Of a stretch of 64,000 bases of DNA, positions 13,111-26,178 are shown one piece after another (position 1 is the first letter of the stretch; every line of letters begins with the position of its first letter). The translations under genes were made by a program, and so were the position numbers. Under the pieces are notes generated by a model. That model saw only the letters and a program-made list of their open reading frames with translations, ran no database searches and had not been told where the DNA came from. The stretch is from Camelus dromedarius (Eukaryota): NCBI RefSeq assembly GCF_036321535.1, contig NC_087447.1:45818001-45882000 (forward strand), written 5' to 3'.

Positions 13111-13835
13111 AATGGATAGAAATCTGGGTCTCAGAAGTGTCCCTACTACTCAGAGAAGAAAGACCTCTGTAGGTTCCTAGACACAGAAACATTATTGTTT
13201 CTGGATTATCTGAGAGCTACCCAAATCAATTCAATTATTTTGGCCCAAGTTGCCTTCCTTTCATACTTCTGAAAGTGTGCTGAGATTCATTCAGTTATCA
13301 TTTTCTTTTGATAGAAGTCTTTCCTGCTGGAAATATTTTTTTTTCTCTCTTAAACAGAAAAATTTTAAATGCTTTAAAAATATTTTCATTTTAAGGTCCA
13401 TTTTTGTGGGGAAATATTGTTGATCTAGACTACAGAGTCTATATTAGCACTTGAGTCATCTTGAAATCCACTTTTTTTTCATAAATTGAGGACCTTCTGA
13501 AGTATAACCAATAACTTCACTAGATGGTTGATGTGGTGACTCTTTTAGTTTCACAAACATTGATTGCTAATTATTAAAAGGAAAGTTATAGCTCTGCTAA
13601 ATAGCCTAACCTGGGTTTAGTGACAATATTCTCTAATATGTCAACATGAATATAGAACAAAACCATGCCTTTATTCTCTATACTGAAAAGATACAGATTG
13701 CTATTACTGAGGTTTCTATCTAGTATCTTAAAATATTATTGATAATATTTCAATTCAAATATCTACGTTAGTATGAAATACTCTCACTAATATAAAAGTA
13801 GGGGAAGAAAAGTTGTGTTTTAGGGTCTCTTTCAC

Positions 13836-14777
13836 CTAAACTTTCTGTTGCTTGAATTTCTTGAGGATTCTGTCACGAATCTGCTTGGTCTTGACACTGT
13901 AGACAATGGGGTTCATGAAGGGTGGCACCAGCAAGTAAACATTAGCCATTAGCACATGGACAATTGGGGAAGCATGCTTCCCATAGCGATGGATCATCGA
14001 TAACCCAATCATTGGTGTATAGAAGGTGAGTACAGCACAAATGTGGGAGATGCAGGTATTGAGGGCTTTCATCCTCTCTGTCATGGAGGCTATACTCAAC
14101 ACTGTGCCAAGGATGAGGATATAGGAGAGGAGGAGGAGCACTGAATCAAGTCCCATGGAGCAGATGACCACCATGAGGCCATAGATGCTGCTCACTCGAC
14201 GGCTGGATACAGTTGTCTTTATAAGATCTTGGTGCAGGCAGAAGGGGTAGGAGAGAACATTGACAGGATGATATTGGAGCTTCTTTAGGAGAAAGGAAGC
14301 TGGAAAGACCAGAGCCAAAGCCCTTCCAGCAATTACCAAAGCAATCCCAATGATTACATCATTGGTTAGAATGGTTGCATAGCGCAGGGGCTCTCGAATT
14401 GCTACCAAGCGGTCAAAGGCCATGGCCAACAGCACAGCTGACTCAATAATTGAGAAAACATGAATGAAGTACATCTGGACCAGGCAAGCATTGAAGGAGA
14501 TCTCCCGGGCATGGAACCAGAAGACACCTAACATGGTAGGCAAGGTTGTAGTGGATAGGCCCAGGTCAGTAAGTGCCAGCATTGATAGAAAGTAATACAT
14601 TGGTTGGTGGAGGGAACGCTCAGTTCTGATGATAAATAGAATGGTAATGTTCCCTGCAGTGGAGGTGGCGTAAACCAAGAAGATGGGGAGGGAAATCAAG
14701 CCATATCTGCTTTCAAGGCCTGAGAGGCCTGTCAGGAGGAAGCGAGGGTATAGGGCAGAGCTATTGAAGACAGACAT
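13836..14777 (-). CDS. Class I olfactory receptor, OR51 family (probably OR51P-like by synteny), intact, 313 aa
   Basis: LHQPMYYFLSML, MAFDRLVAIREPLRY, FCLHQD, KALNTCISHICAV, PPFMNPIVYSVKTKQIR. NSS sequon. Acceptor ctcccatatag (AG at 14803-14802). Confidence 0.93.
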   Translation of the reverse strand: MSVFNSSALYPRFLLTGLSGLESRYGLISLPIFLVYATSTAGNITILFIIRTERSLHQPMYYFLSMLALTDLGLSTTTLPTMLGVFWFHAREISFNACLVQMYFIHVFSIIESAVLLAMAFDRLVAIREPLRYATILTNDVIIGIALVIAGRALALVFPASFLLKKLQYHPVNVLSYPFCLHQDLIKTTVSSRRVSSIYGLMVVICSMGLDSVLLLLSYILILGTVLSIASMTERMKALNTCISHICAVLTFYTPMIGLSMIHRYGKHASPIVHVLMANVYLLVPPFMNPIVYSVKTKQIRDRILKKFKQQKV

Positions 14778-16914
14778 TGTGCTGATGGAAGTACCTTCAG
14801 TCTATATGGGGAGACAAGAACATGGGACAATTAGGGTAAATGTCAGTATTGCAAAAAGAAACAATGCTCTGATGCATGCTGCTCCATTTACTGTTTTCAA
14901 TCATGCCTCTGCTCATTATATATAACTACCACCTGTATTATTTTACCAATTATTTTACTCTTTATTGCACATTTATTGAGAACATATTTTCTTAAAGGAA
15001 ATCTGGTAGTGTTAAATATAAAGAAATATACAAGAAATGCCTTCAAATATTTACAACCTAGTGGATAGAGAGTGCTAAAATTAAAATAAATCATTAGTTT
15101 AAGGCAAGGTCCTTTAAAACACAGTAAGAGGAAACTAACCTGACCCTAGGAGGTCAGGGAAGATTTACTGAAGGTAATTCTTGAATTAAGTCTCAAATGA
15201 CAAATATGAGTTAGATAGAAACAAAAGGCTATGTAAGACATTCTGTGCTGATTGACACCCCTGTAAATGCAGAAAGATATTAGTATTACAAGTGTAAGTG
15301 AATATATTTCAGCAAAGGTATAAGGTAGGGTGGCTCTTCAGATGGTTGTTGGAGCTAAGACTGAATAGAAATGGATCAGAATTTCTGAGGGAACTAATGT
15401 ATAAATATAAAATGCTTGGACTTAAATCTTAGAAGACACAAGATAGTCATTCTAACAAAAAGTAAAGTATTTGATCAGATTTATATTCTATCACTGTCAA
15501 ACTACAATCAATGTTAAGAATGGTCTAAATGTAGACAAAAGAGAAGGCAGGGAAATCCTTTAAGAGGCTGTTAGAGTAATAACTTAAAAACAAAAGGATG
15601 AAAGCAAATGTAATAGTGGGTATGATAAAGGATAAATAGACACAAAAGTTATATGGGGAGAAAAGAAAAAACCCAAAATAATAGTCATCACATGCTGAGA
15701 ATGAGAAAAGGAAAGAAACCCAGGACAAGTTATTTGGTAGATTTTGATGTCATTTATTGAAACAAACAAAAATTCAGGAGGACCTGCGTGAAAAGTTGGG
15801 GAAACTAGAGGGTAAAATTAGGATACATTTGAGGTATGTGTGTTGAGAAGCCAGTGGTATACTGGGCTTCACAGAAGGTTGTCAAAAGGGAAGTTACCCC
15901 TACTAAGAGAATTTGAAAAGATGCCTCGTAGAGCAAGGAGAGAGAGAGAGAGAGAAAAAAAAATGTTCCTAGGGGAAAAAAATCGAAACTACCACAAAAG
16001 GAACTCATGGCATGTTATAAGAAGAGTGTAAGAGCCTCAGTGCTTGGGGCTCAGGTGCTCAAGAGATGGAACGCACTGTAGGCCACACAAGAGGCAGAGT
16101 TTACCCGGGGCTGGAGAAGATGAGGCATTGTAGTGGGAACCATGGAGACTCCCATTACTTAGCAACATGCTGGCCATCCAATTCCTGTTACTCTGGGCAT
16201 CAAACAGCGATAAAATTTTTCACTTAGCATATTTGCCAAAATTCCCAGAGTTTTCCCCAAATTCATATGGCCCCCAATCTATTTTGTTCCATTAGTATAT
16301 AATTATACTTTATAGTTTCCTCTGACAGACTTTTTTAAAAAAACTAATTTCTTAACCCTCCATGGGGGTCATGGTAACTTTTCCAGTCTGACACCACTTC
16401 TTCTTTCTTTTGAGGAGCGGATTCAGTAGGAAGAATTCTTTATATATTCTTGTCCTGTGATTTATGTACTATACTAATCATCACATAATAGGCAGTACTG
16501 GTCTTCATACACCTCCCTTACCTTCATCGCTTTTTTGGTCACAAACTTCTCCTGTCCCCTTAATCAACATGGAACAATAACTGCCATCACTTTAGCTCTT
16601 GCACACAATTATTTTCTTCTTTCTTGATACCCTTCCTCAAATCTTTGAATACCTTCAGAAACTCCACCCTGCCCAGGTATGCCAGGTCTTCCCCTTTAGA
16701 TCACTTTCTCCTACTTCTTCATAGAAAAGTCTCTGACTTAGGATATTCATAATCCTTTTTCCATATAGGAGTCTATTGGCTATAGCCATAAGCACTCTGC
16801 TTTCGGTGGCTGCTCCTCTAGGGTCACAGAAATTCTGATGATAAATGTCATTCACATCTCCATCACTTTGGAGAGATGAATAAATCTCTTTGAGCAAACT
16901 AGGAATTGTATTTC

Positions 16915-16920
<6 letters not shown>

Positions 16921-16982
<62 letters not shown>
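16921..16982. repeat. (TA)31 microsatellite
   Basis: Uninterrupted TA run. Confidence 0.98.
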
Positions 16983-16988
<6 letters not shown>

Positions 16989-19900
16989 ATAATATTTAAG
17001 AGACTTAAGAAAATATATCTAATTTTGTCACAGTGTCTGAGATCTAGGAGATACTTTGGGCTTCAGTGAAGCAAAATGTTAATGGAGATGCTGAAGTAGC
17101 CATAATCTTAAGCACATCAGCCCTGTACCACAGTGATCCAAAAGCGGGTATGACCTGGAGTGCCCAAGTTATCACTTGTTAAAGATGTTACTCCTCAGGG
17201 CTTCTCTTCAGAATTATTTTGCCTAATTCCCTTTTTGGCCTGTAATATTGCTAAGTGTGTATAATTTACTTGAGAATGAGATAGAGGAGGTATTCAAATC
17301 ATCATCATCATCTTCATCATTATTTTTAACATTACAGTTTTTAGTTAATATCAGATAGAAATGATTTCAGAGCCCAGAGGTTTTAATACATGGATTCCCA
17401 TTATATGTACTATCTATGCCTGGACTTGAGTTTACAGTGGCATCCATCCCAGAGCTCTCCTGAGCAGCTTTGAAGAGGATAGTATGGCCCCTTCAGGGAA
17501 ATGGCAACCCGCACCTCTAACCTATCCCAAAACAGTGATTTCACAAGAGCAATGGTTAGTCCTACCTGTTGACTTTCCTTTCTATTTCCTGAATTCTTCA
17601 AATATATTGAGTATTAATCTGTTACTCATTCTTTACACCTCAGAAGCCTTCCGTCAGGATAGATAGCTATTTATCTTGCTGTAGGTTGGCTGGGTCTCCA
17701 GTCTGCAAAGCATAGCGTTTCTCGTAGGTAGAGAAGCTCACTGAAATTGGGCATAAGAGAAGAATCAAAACCACAGTGGATCCTAATGCTGATAGTTCTT
17801 CAAGGAAGCATGGGTGTGACCAAGTGGGACATCCGTTTCTCCTTCAGCAACTCCAGGGCCAAGATAGGATATTTTTGGGTTCAGCATCTTTGATTCTATC
17901 CAGCTAGGTGCTTTATCAGCACTACACTTCTGTGCTTTAACTACTGTAATCTGCATGTCTCCTTTTGACTACTCCATTCCTTCAGGACCAATCTTTTTCT
18001 TAATGTGACCTCTAGGGAAGATAAATAATGTCATGGTCATTGGAAGACTGTCTTCTGCTCAGGGAAATGAGGTGATCACGCCAAATTTCCAATCCCAGGG
18101 TAATATAAAGGCAAACAGCATGAACTCTAGAACCATGATAGGAAGGAGCAAGGACTGTAGATCTAGAGGCCCTTATCTTTGGATCTCATTCTGGCATTCC
18201 TTGACTTTGTAACCTGGAAAATATTACTTAGCCATTTTTGCCTCTGTTTCCTTATGTATACAATGATTGCATAATAATTTTATCTGTCTCCTATTTTTTT
18301 AATGTTAAATGAGTTAGTATTATATATAGCATTTAGAATATATTAAATACTGAATAAAAAATAATCAGAAGTTGATTATCTGTTCCTTTGATACAGATTT
18401 GATATTAAAGTATTTATTCATAGTATTCTGCCAGTCTATCAATTCTCTGACCCTGTATTTTGTGCCCTGACCTTAAACTGTTTTCAAAAACCCTGGCAAG
18501 TATTTTCAAAGAGTACATCAAATTTCATAGCCATTAAGTAATTAAATAGTAAGACTAATTTCTCTGGGTCTGGTCTCATGACTATCAGGCAGCCTTTTAA
18601 CCATGATTTAGATTTCCATGTATACTTATTTTCAGAAAGGAAACTCTCTTCCCTTGGGAAGTATGCATCTAGTTTAGAAAAGCTGCATTCCACATATTAA
18701 TGTAATATGTTGACATTCTAACATATCAAATGGGTTTGGTTTGGGAGAACTAGCTCTCTTATCTTATTAGTCATAAAATATTAATAAGACTGAAATAGTC
18801 TAGGGAAAATATAAATAAGAAAACCAACTGATAATCTGTCTGATATTTTTAAACTCTTTTTTACCTCCATCTAATTCAGTAAGTTTTGGTTAAATGATTA
18901 GTTGCTTTGTTCATTATTTTCTTGAAGATTACTAATTCCTTATTCCTAGTATTCCAGGATAACATAATTTTCCCAAATCTTGTTTAATATCTTATTTTTC
19001 ACATATCATTACAATATATTTCCATAGTTACATTCATCTTTCTCTTAAATAAAATTTTATAAGCATTGTTCACTGAGCTGATGAGGGAATGAATAGGGCA
19101 ATGTTCTATCTCAGAATAAGTTTTCTTTACCAAAGAAAACTATTTAAATGTATTTAAGGAGAGCAGTTGATATTTATTTTATATTTAAGTGTCATCCATA
19201 CTTAAATTATCTTTAATTAATTCACATTATAAAGGAATTAGGATAGTGTCAATGTATGTATACGTGTATGTGTGTGTGTGTGTGTATGATAGGAAATCTG
19301 GGAAGCTTTCATTTTCTTAACATGATATGTTCACAGGAACACAAGTTCATCATTGATCTTGGTTCAAAGAGTTCATGTGGAGGGTGTGTGAAAGTTGACA
19401 ATGGAGAGTGATACGGCTTAAAATGTGTGACTTAATGAAAACTGGTTATTACATGGAAAAGTATTTGAATTTCATATCCTAATACTGAGCATTTCTTAAC
19501 TCTTCTTATTGGCTGTTGGAGTTCGTTTTGTTTCCTGAGTCAATTTGTTTATTGAACATAATACAGGCAGCAGGAAATAGAAACCATGGCTCTTTTCCTC
19601 AAGGCACTTTATTTGGGAAAGAGCAAACTTTCTCTGAAATAAACTGGTGCTATACATCCAAAATTGGGTATCAAAAAAAAAAAGATAAAAAAAAAGGCAA
19701 ACAAATAAATAGAACAGAGAGAAATTTGCATGTGAGACATATTCAAAAGTTCTAACACATAGTGGAGAAGAATAAGAGAAGAGAACCATTTCATTAACTC
19801 TTTAACATTAAGATCATGCATTCCATTTTTTTATATATACAGTATTGAAAATAGTAATTGCTACAATAGGTATTTGATACTTCTCAGTATATTTTTTACT

Positions 19901-20977
19901 AGATTCATGAATAAGCAATAGTATTTATACTTACAACTATTTATGAGCACTCATGACAGCTGGGGAATACCAGCCCCATAGTGATGTGTTAGAATAGCAG
20001 TCATGACCCCATGCTTAAAAAATTTGTAATACAGCTGAAAAGAAAGTGAATATATATAAAATAATAAAATGTCACCAACAAAAGCATATGTGTAAATCAT
20101 CTTAATGAAGAAGAAAAAAGTAATGGATTATCAACAATAAAAGAATTGAGAAAGAAGATATTAAAGATCCACACAGACGTGTAGCACAAGAGGAGAAAAT
20201 GTTATTAAGAGATGAGGATGGTTATCATGCACAACTCCCAATCTACTCATAGATGAAGACATGAAATCCTGAGCTATAGTACTGAGGAGGAAATGTACAC
20301 ATTTGCCCAGATGTTTAGATATACACTATCAGGCTTTCTTGGGCAACTCCTGTGTGTCTGTCTCAGTATTTGCTGGTGAGTTGAAGAAGCAGATAGATCT
20401 ACAGTGGCATTGGGAGAAAGAACACATCACCCAGTGATGAGGTGAAGACTTATTCCATACCCAACAGGACAGAAGCAGTTCAAAGTCCTTCTAGGAACTC
20501 AAGTTCCAAACTTGCCCTAAGAATCCATAAATATTTTCATAAAAAGTTATGACATTTTGGCATGAGAAACAAAATATGGGCAAATGTATTAGAAAAAGAG
20601 AAGTTGATTTCTGAGTTTAGGTCATAAACATGAGAAACTATGTAAACATAGTTACATAAGGAAAATATTGCTATTATCATTAATAACAATATAATAATAT
20701 TAACAAAATGTACAGTTTTCAAAAACAATCTCTTTTACATACATTGTCTATTGTATGCTTCATAATTATCTTGGGGCTAGAAAAGGCCATACTTACAATT
20801 TGGCTATGAAAAAATCTGAATCTCATAAGGATTGATGGTTAACTGAGATCACATATCTAGGAAGTGAAGAAATTAGACATTTAACCAGATGATCAAGCTT
20901 CAGATAGTTTACTTCTCATCTACTCAAACAGCTGCCCCAAGATCTTTTCAGTGGAAAACCTGGAGGATAGAGGTTAC

Positions 20978-21925
20978 TTAAAGCTTCCTCCTTAGTCCAA
21001 ACTTGCGGAGAATTCCTAGACGAATCTGCTTTGTCCTGACACTGTAGACAACAGGGTTCAGCAATGGGGGGAGAAGCAAGTATATGTCAGCCATGAGGAT
21101 GTGGACAATGGGAGACAAATACTTCCCAAAGCGATGGACCATTGATACCCCAATAACTGGCACAAAGAAGATGAGTACCATGCAGATATGGGATACACAT
21201 GTGTTGAGTGCCTTTAGCTGTTCTTCACGAGATGCAATGCCCAGCACAGCCTTCAGAATTAGGACATAAGAAAGAAGTATAAAGACTGAATCCACACCCA
21301 GTGTGGCAATAACTACGCACAGTCCATAAACACTGTTGATGCTGGCATCCGAGCAGGATAGTTTCAGAACATCCTGGTGCAAACAGAAGGCGTGGGAGAG
21401 GGCATTGATGTGGCAGTAGTGATACTGTCTCAGTAGCAAAGGTGTGGGCAGTACAACTCCCATGCTTCTTAGCAAGCAGGTCAAACCAATCTTGCCTATT
21501 ACACTGTTGGTGAGGATGGTGGTGTAGTGCAGTGGACGGCAGATAGCAATGAAACGGTCAAAGGCCATGGCCAGCAGCACTGAGGACTCCAGGAATGTGA
21601 ATGTATGGATGAAGAAGAGCTGAACATAGCAAACACTTGCCCGAATCTCCCGAGCATCCAAACATAACACAGCAAGCATGGTGGGAAGTGTGGACAAGGA
21701 CAAACCTAGGTCAGTTAGTGCCAAGATGGAAAGAAAGTAATACATGGGCTGCTGGAGGGAAGACTCTGTCCAAATGACAGAGAGGATGCTAACATTACCA
21801 ATAAATGCTAACAAGTATGCAAGACAGAATGGGATTGAGAGCCAGGAATGAACATACTCTAGTCCAGGAAAACCCCTCAGAATAAATATAGGCTCCATAG
21901 TATCATTGTTACTCCAGACCACCAT
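20978..21925 (-). CDS. OR51L1: Olfactory receptor 51L1, intact, 315 aa (start at MVVWSNNDTM)
   Basis: Near-collinear with recalled human OR51L1 (EPIFILRGFPGLEYVHSWLS, HTFTFLESSVLLAMAFDR, VVIATLGVDS, VRTKQIRLGIL). Same length and same position next to MMP26. An in-frame ATG also exists at 22000. Confidence 0.93.
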   Translation of the reverse strand: MVVWSNNDTMEPIFILRGFPGLEYVHSWLSIPFCLAYLLAFIGNVSILSVIWTESSLQQPMYYFLSILALTDLGLSLSTLPTMLAVLCLDAREIRASVCYVQLFFIHTFTFLESSVLLAMAFDRFIAICRPLHYTTILTNSVIGKIGLTCLLRSMGVVLPTPLLLRQYHYCHINALSHAFCLHQDVLKLSCSDASINSVYGLCVVIATLGVDSVFILLSYVLILKAVLGIASREEQLKALNTCVSHICMVLIFFVPVIGVSMVHRFGKYLSPIVHILMADIYLLLPPLLNPVVYSVRTKQIRLGILRKFGLRRKL

Positions 21926-22496
21926 GGTGACCCTTGGCAAAGAGTGAGGAATATTTTCTGTTAGCCTTTTTTGTCCCTCAGAGTCATCCCTTGTGAGCAT
22001 AAGTAGAGCAGTCAGGATACATCTTTCCTCTAATCCCGCTGAGGAAGGAAGGAGTTACAGTTCTTAGGTAAGAAACATTTCCCGGTAGTAATGAGCACCA
22101 AATTCTAGAGCAAAAGTGTGTACTACAGAAATCTGGTCATTTCTGACAAGAACTTTGATGGCTTTGCATTGAGGACACTAAAAAATTTAAGCAGCAAAAG
22201 ATTAGAGAAAGAAATCTTTACTATGTATTATAAAATTACAAACAGAGAAAAGTCAGAGTAAATGTCTCTGGATTTGCATAAGCTTCCAGCCAGTAATGTT
22301 CTTGAGTTAACCTTGATTGTTTCTAGGCTATCTTTTAATTCCTGACAACAGAATTTGTCCTAAGGACTCAACATAATTTCGCTTCCTACTTATTTAATAC
22401 TTATACATACTTATATAATAATTTATAATGTTAAAAATATTTAATATTTTAATAAAATTCAGTACCCATTATATGAAAAGAGGGCATGAAAAAGAA

Positions 22497-22521
22497 TATA
22501 TATATATATATATATATATAT
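22497..22521. repeat. (TA)n microsatellite
   Basis: Direct reading. Confidence 0.95.
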
Positions 22522-23574
22522 CATAAGGTCACAATGTAACTATTAAAGCTCTTCCTATCTGCCTGCACACAAAATAATATTAAAATAAAAAATGTATATA
22601 TTTAGTTTAGACATCTATTATATATTATGTGTCTTAAATTAGTAATAATGTGTAATATATCCACTTCATTTCTATTTGTCATTTCTTGCTTATTTTTTCT
22701 CTCAAAATGAGGCTGATACATAATCACATTTTTAAAAATATTCAATAAAATATTAAACGTTTTTCTAATTTTTATGCCCCTTTGCACCTACCTCCTTGAA
22801 CCCAAAACAATCTCATAAATGCAGCTCTAAGTACTCACCATCAGTGGGTCTCAGAAACAACCAAGTTCTTTTTCCCTTTTGAAAATGCAATTCTAACGTC
22901 TGGCTTTACTCTCCTTGAGCAATCTTCATTGCGATTGCCTCTGCTAATGCTGTCCTTGCTGTACCCCGTGTTGATGGCATTGGGCACAGCAGCTAAGCCC
23001 TATGGGATTCTCTGTCCCTTCAGTTCTCTGTTTCCTTATGTTAGCTGTGTCCAGCCCCATTGACTGTCCTGGAGAAAATTCTTCACTTATGTGCTCCTTT
23101 AGTGTCTAGACTTCATTGACTTCAGATACCTTCACTGCAATGTCTCAGCATCTCTCTCATTCTTCCTATAGACACTTAGTCTCTAACCACTAAAAAACTG
23201 AAAGTTCTCAAGCTAAACAATCTGTAATTCCAATGAGGACTTTGGCTTAGCATCTGTACCTGAGAAACAGAAGGAAATACCCAGCCATTCTCTCTCTCCA
23301 TGCAATAAGAAGGATTTGCTGCTTTCTCCCTTTTTCCTCCAGTCTGGCCATCCCCATCCTCTAAGAGTCTGATGTCTCTCTGGTACTCTTCTCCAGCCCC
23401 AAGCAGGCTACACTGAGCTTTAACTGGGACCCCTGGCTTAGATGAAGCAGTCAGCTACTCACTGTCTTCTGCATCTACCAGGCAGAATACTTGCTCAACA
23501 CATTTATTTTTCTTTACCTCCAAGCAACACTTCTTTCCTAGTCTTCAGAATTTACTAAAGCCCTAGTTGACTTT

Positions 23575-24095
23575 CTTTGTTTTTATTGATGTATAGTTGG
23601 TTTACAATGTTGTGTTAGTTTTGTGTGTACAGCAAAGTGATTCAATTATATATATATATAATTTTTAGATTATTTTCCATTATAGGTTATTTCAAGATAT
23701 TGAATATAGTTCCCTGTGCTATACAGTAGGTCCTTGTTTTTTATCTATTTTATATATGGTGGTGTGTATATGTTAATCCCAAACTCCTAATTTATCCCTC
23801 CCCTACCCCTTTCCCCTTTGGTAATAATAGTTTGTTTTCTATGTCTGTGAGTCTATTTCTGGTTTGTAAATAAGTTCATTTGTGTCATTTTTTTAAGATT
23901 CCACCTATAAGAGATATTTTATGATATTTGTCTTTCTCTATCTAACTTACTTNNNNNNNNNNNNNNNNNNNNNNNNNNNNNNNNNNNNNNNNNNNNNNNN
24001 NNNNNNNNNNNNNNNNNNNNNNNNNNNNNNNNNNNNNNNNNNNNNNNNNNNNNNNNNNNNNNNNNNNNNNNNNNNNNNNNNNNNNNNNNNNNNNN
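23575..24095 (-). mobile_element. Young lineage-specific L1 3' end
   Basis: tttacaatgttgtgttagttt...gtgagtctatttctggtttgtaaataagttc, same family as 6490 and 10490. The 5' part is N-masked. Confidence 0.85.
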
Positions 24096-26178
24096 CCCAT
24101 AAATTTTGTTCTATTTCCTATTCAAGTCTCAGCTTATCAAAAGGCTCTAGACATTATCATTGAAGTATACAGAACACATATACACACACAAAGATTAGAT
24201 TGTAGCCGTATTAGAAAAGTAACTTAATTTTCCCCATGCCAAGAAATTAGTCCATGCATTCTACTTTAATTCTTCTAACCTTAATATAAAACACATTTTC
24301 TTTAATTCTCAGAGAAGTTGCAGAAATAAAATGGATCACTGTTTTTTAAAAATGCCTTTCTCCCTGCTCTGAGTCCTCTAAGAGCAGATTTCAATGTTCA
24401 GAAAACTTCAGTGGCAGGCCGGTGCATAGACTTAAATTTAGGACAGGCAGGAATATCCCTATGTATACTCTCTCTTTCTTATCCTTCTCTCTCACTGACT
24501 CAGCTGTCATGTCTTTCACTTTTTCTCAGTCCCTTCATCATTGTCCTTCCTTTCTTCATCCTCTGCTGATGCTATATCTATGTCATTAACAATGATCTTT
24601 GGGGTACTTTGCTTATTTTAATACAATTTAACCACAGTGATGTGAAAAATAAATAGTAGGAAGAGACTAGGCTAATGACAAGACTGTCTCAAAGGGCAGA
24701 GGCCTGAAAAGACTCACGTAATACAGTTATCTATCCTAAGAAATGGAGAGAGAACCACTGAGGATAAGAAAATCATTTTATTATAGCCCCTCCAGCATCT
24801 TACCTGCAGTCCTCAGATACTATCTTTCACTAACCAGCCTATCTTAAAATTGTTGGAAAAGATTGAATTAGGATGTTAAGATACGTCATAAACTTCAAAA
24901 TTTTTCACCTCTAAAGAGAATGACACCCATATTTCCCTTCTTCATAAATTTGTTGTTCTTTAATGATTTTACTCTCTTTAGCCCTTGTGTCATAACATAA
25001 TCTATGCCAAAATCTATCCACTACTTATTAATAATTTAAAAATTAACACCTGAAATTTACTCATAAGTCTATTTCATCGATATGAATGCTGAATCATGCA
25101 ACCAATAACCGGTTTCCCAAAGATCCAGTTTCATATTGCCTTTTTCTGCCTACACTGTCCACCATCACAGGTAAAGTCACATTCTGTTTCTGTTTCTGTA
25201 GCATTCTCTCTCTCTCTTTTTGTTACCCCTGCTATTGTTCCTATCTTTCTTCTCATTTCTTTGTACTTCTGTGCATTTAGTTCTTGCTCTCTTTGCTTTA
25301 TCCCTCACCTGAGAAGAGTTCCCATCGCCATCTGAAGGTCAAACTTGAACTGATTACAGATGCTACAATTTTGATTCTCCATATACCTTAGGTTTTCAAA
25401 ACCTTTGACTCCATGGATAGTGAGGCTTAAATGCTTCCATCATCTCTATACATACTCCTGGTTTCTCCTGGGATAGTAAATAAGGGATTGGCATCAGAGT
25501 CTTCTGGGTCCCTAGAGATGAAATTAATATAAACAGCCCTTAACCACAGCTGTGCCAAGGGCATAAAATCCCGGAAGTTGAAGAAATGTGTGCCTACTTC
25601 TATCCACCACTCCCAGTCCTTTTTTTCAAATGTAATAGTTTTCTCTTCTTGAAAGTGCATCTGAGAGTTCATGACCACAGTCTAATATTCCAGAGGAATA
25701 GTGAAATCTCAGCTTCATTGAGGACATCCATATAGAACTATGGCAATTAAGTGCATTGATAAGTCCTCCTGTTAGAAAGTGTTTACCATTTCTTGCTGAA
25801 CAGGGTCATTCATTAGCTGTTTGTTTAATAATCGTGTGTTAAGCACCAACAGGATTCAAGTCTCCATACTCAGCTCTATAAAGGCAAAAACCATTATCTG
25901 GTTCGTCATGACTTCCACTTTGCTCAGTATGGAGATGACTTTCTAATCCATTCTTTTTCTTAGCTCATATCCACCTCTTTGCATTTATTTATAAATTTTA
26001 GAAACAGCTTATCAATTTGCACCAAGATATACATTGGGACTTTTATTGACGATGTATTGAATCTACAGATCAATTTTGGAAGAATTGAAATATCTAATTA
26101 CCAGATCTTCCAATCCAAGATAATGGACTTCAATTAATTAATGTTATTATTTTTTCTCAATATTGTTTTATACTTTAC

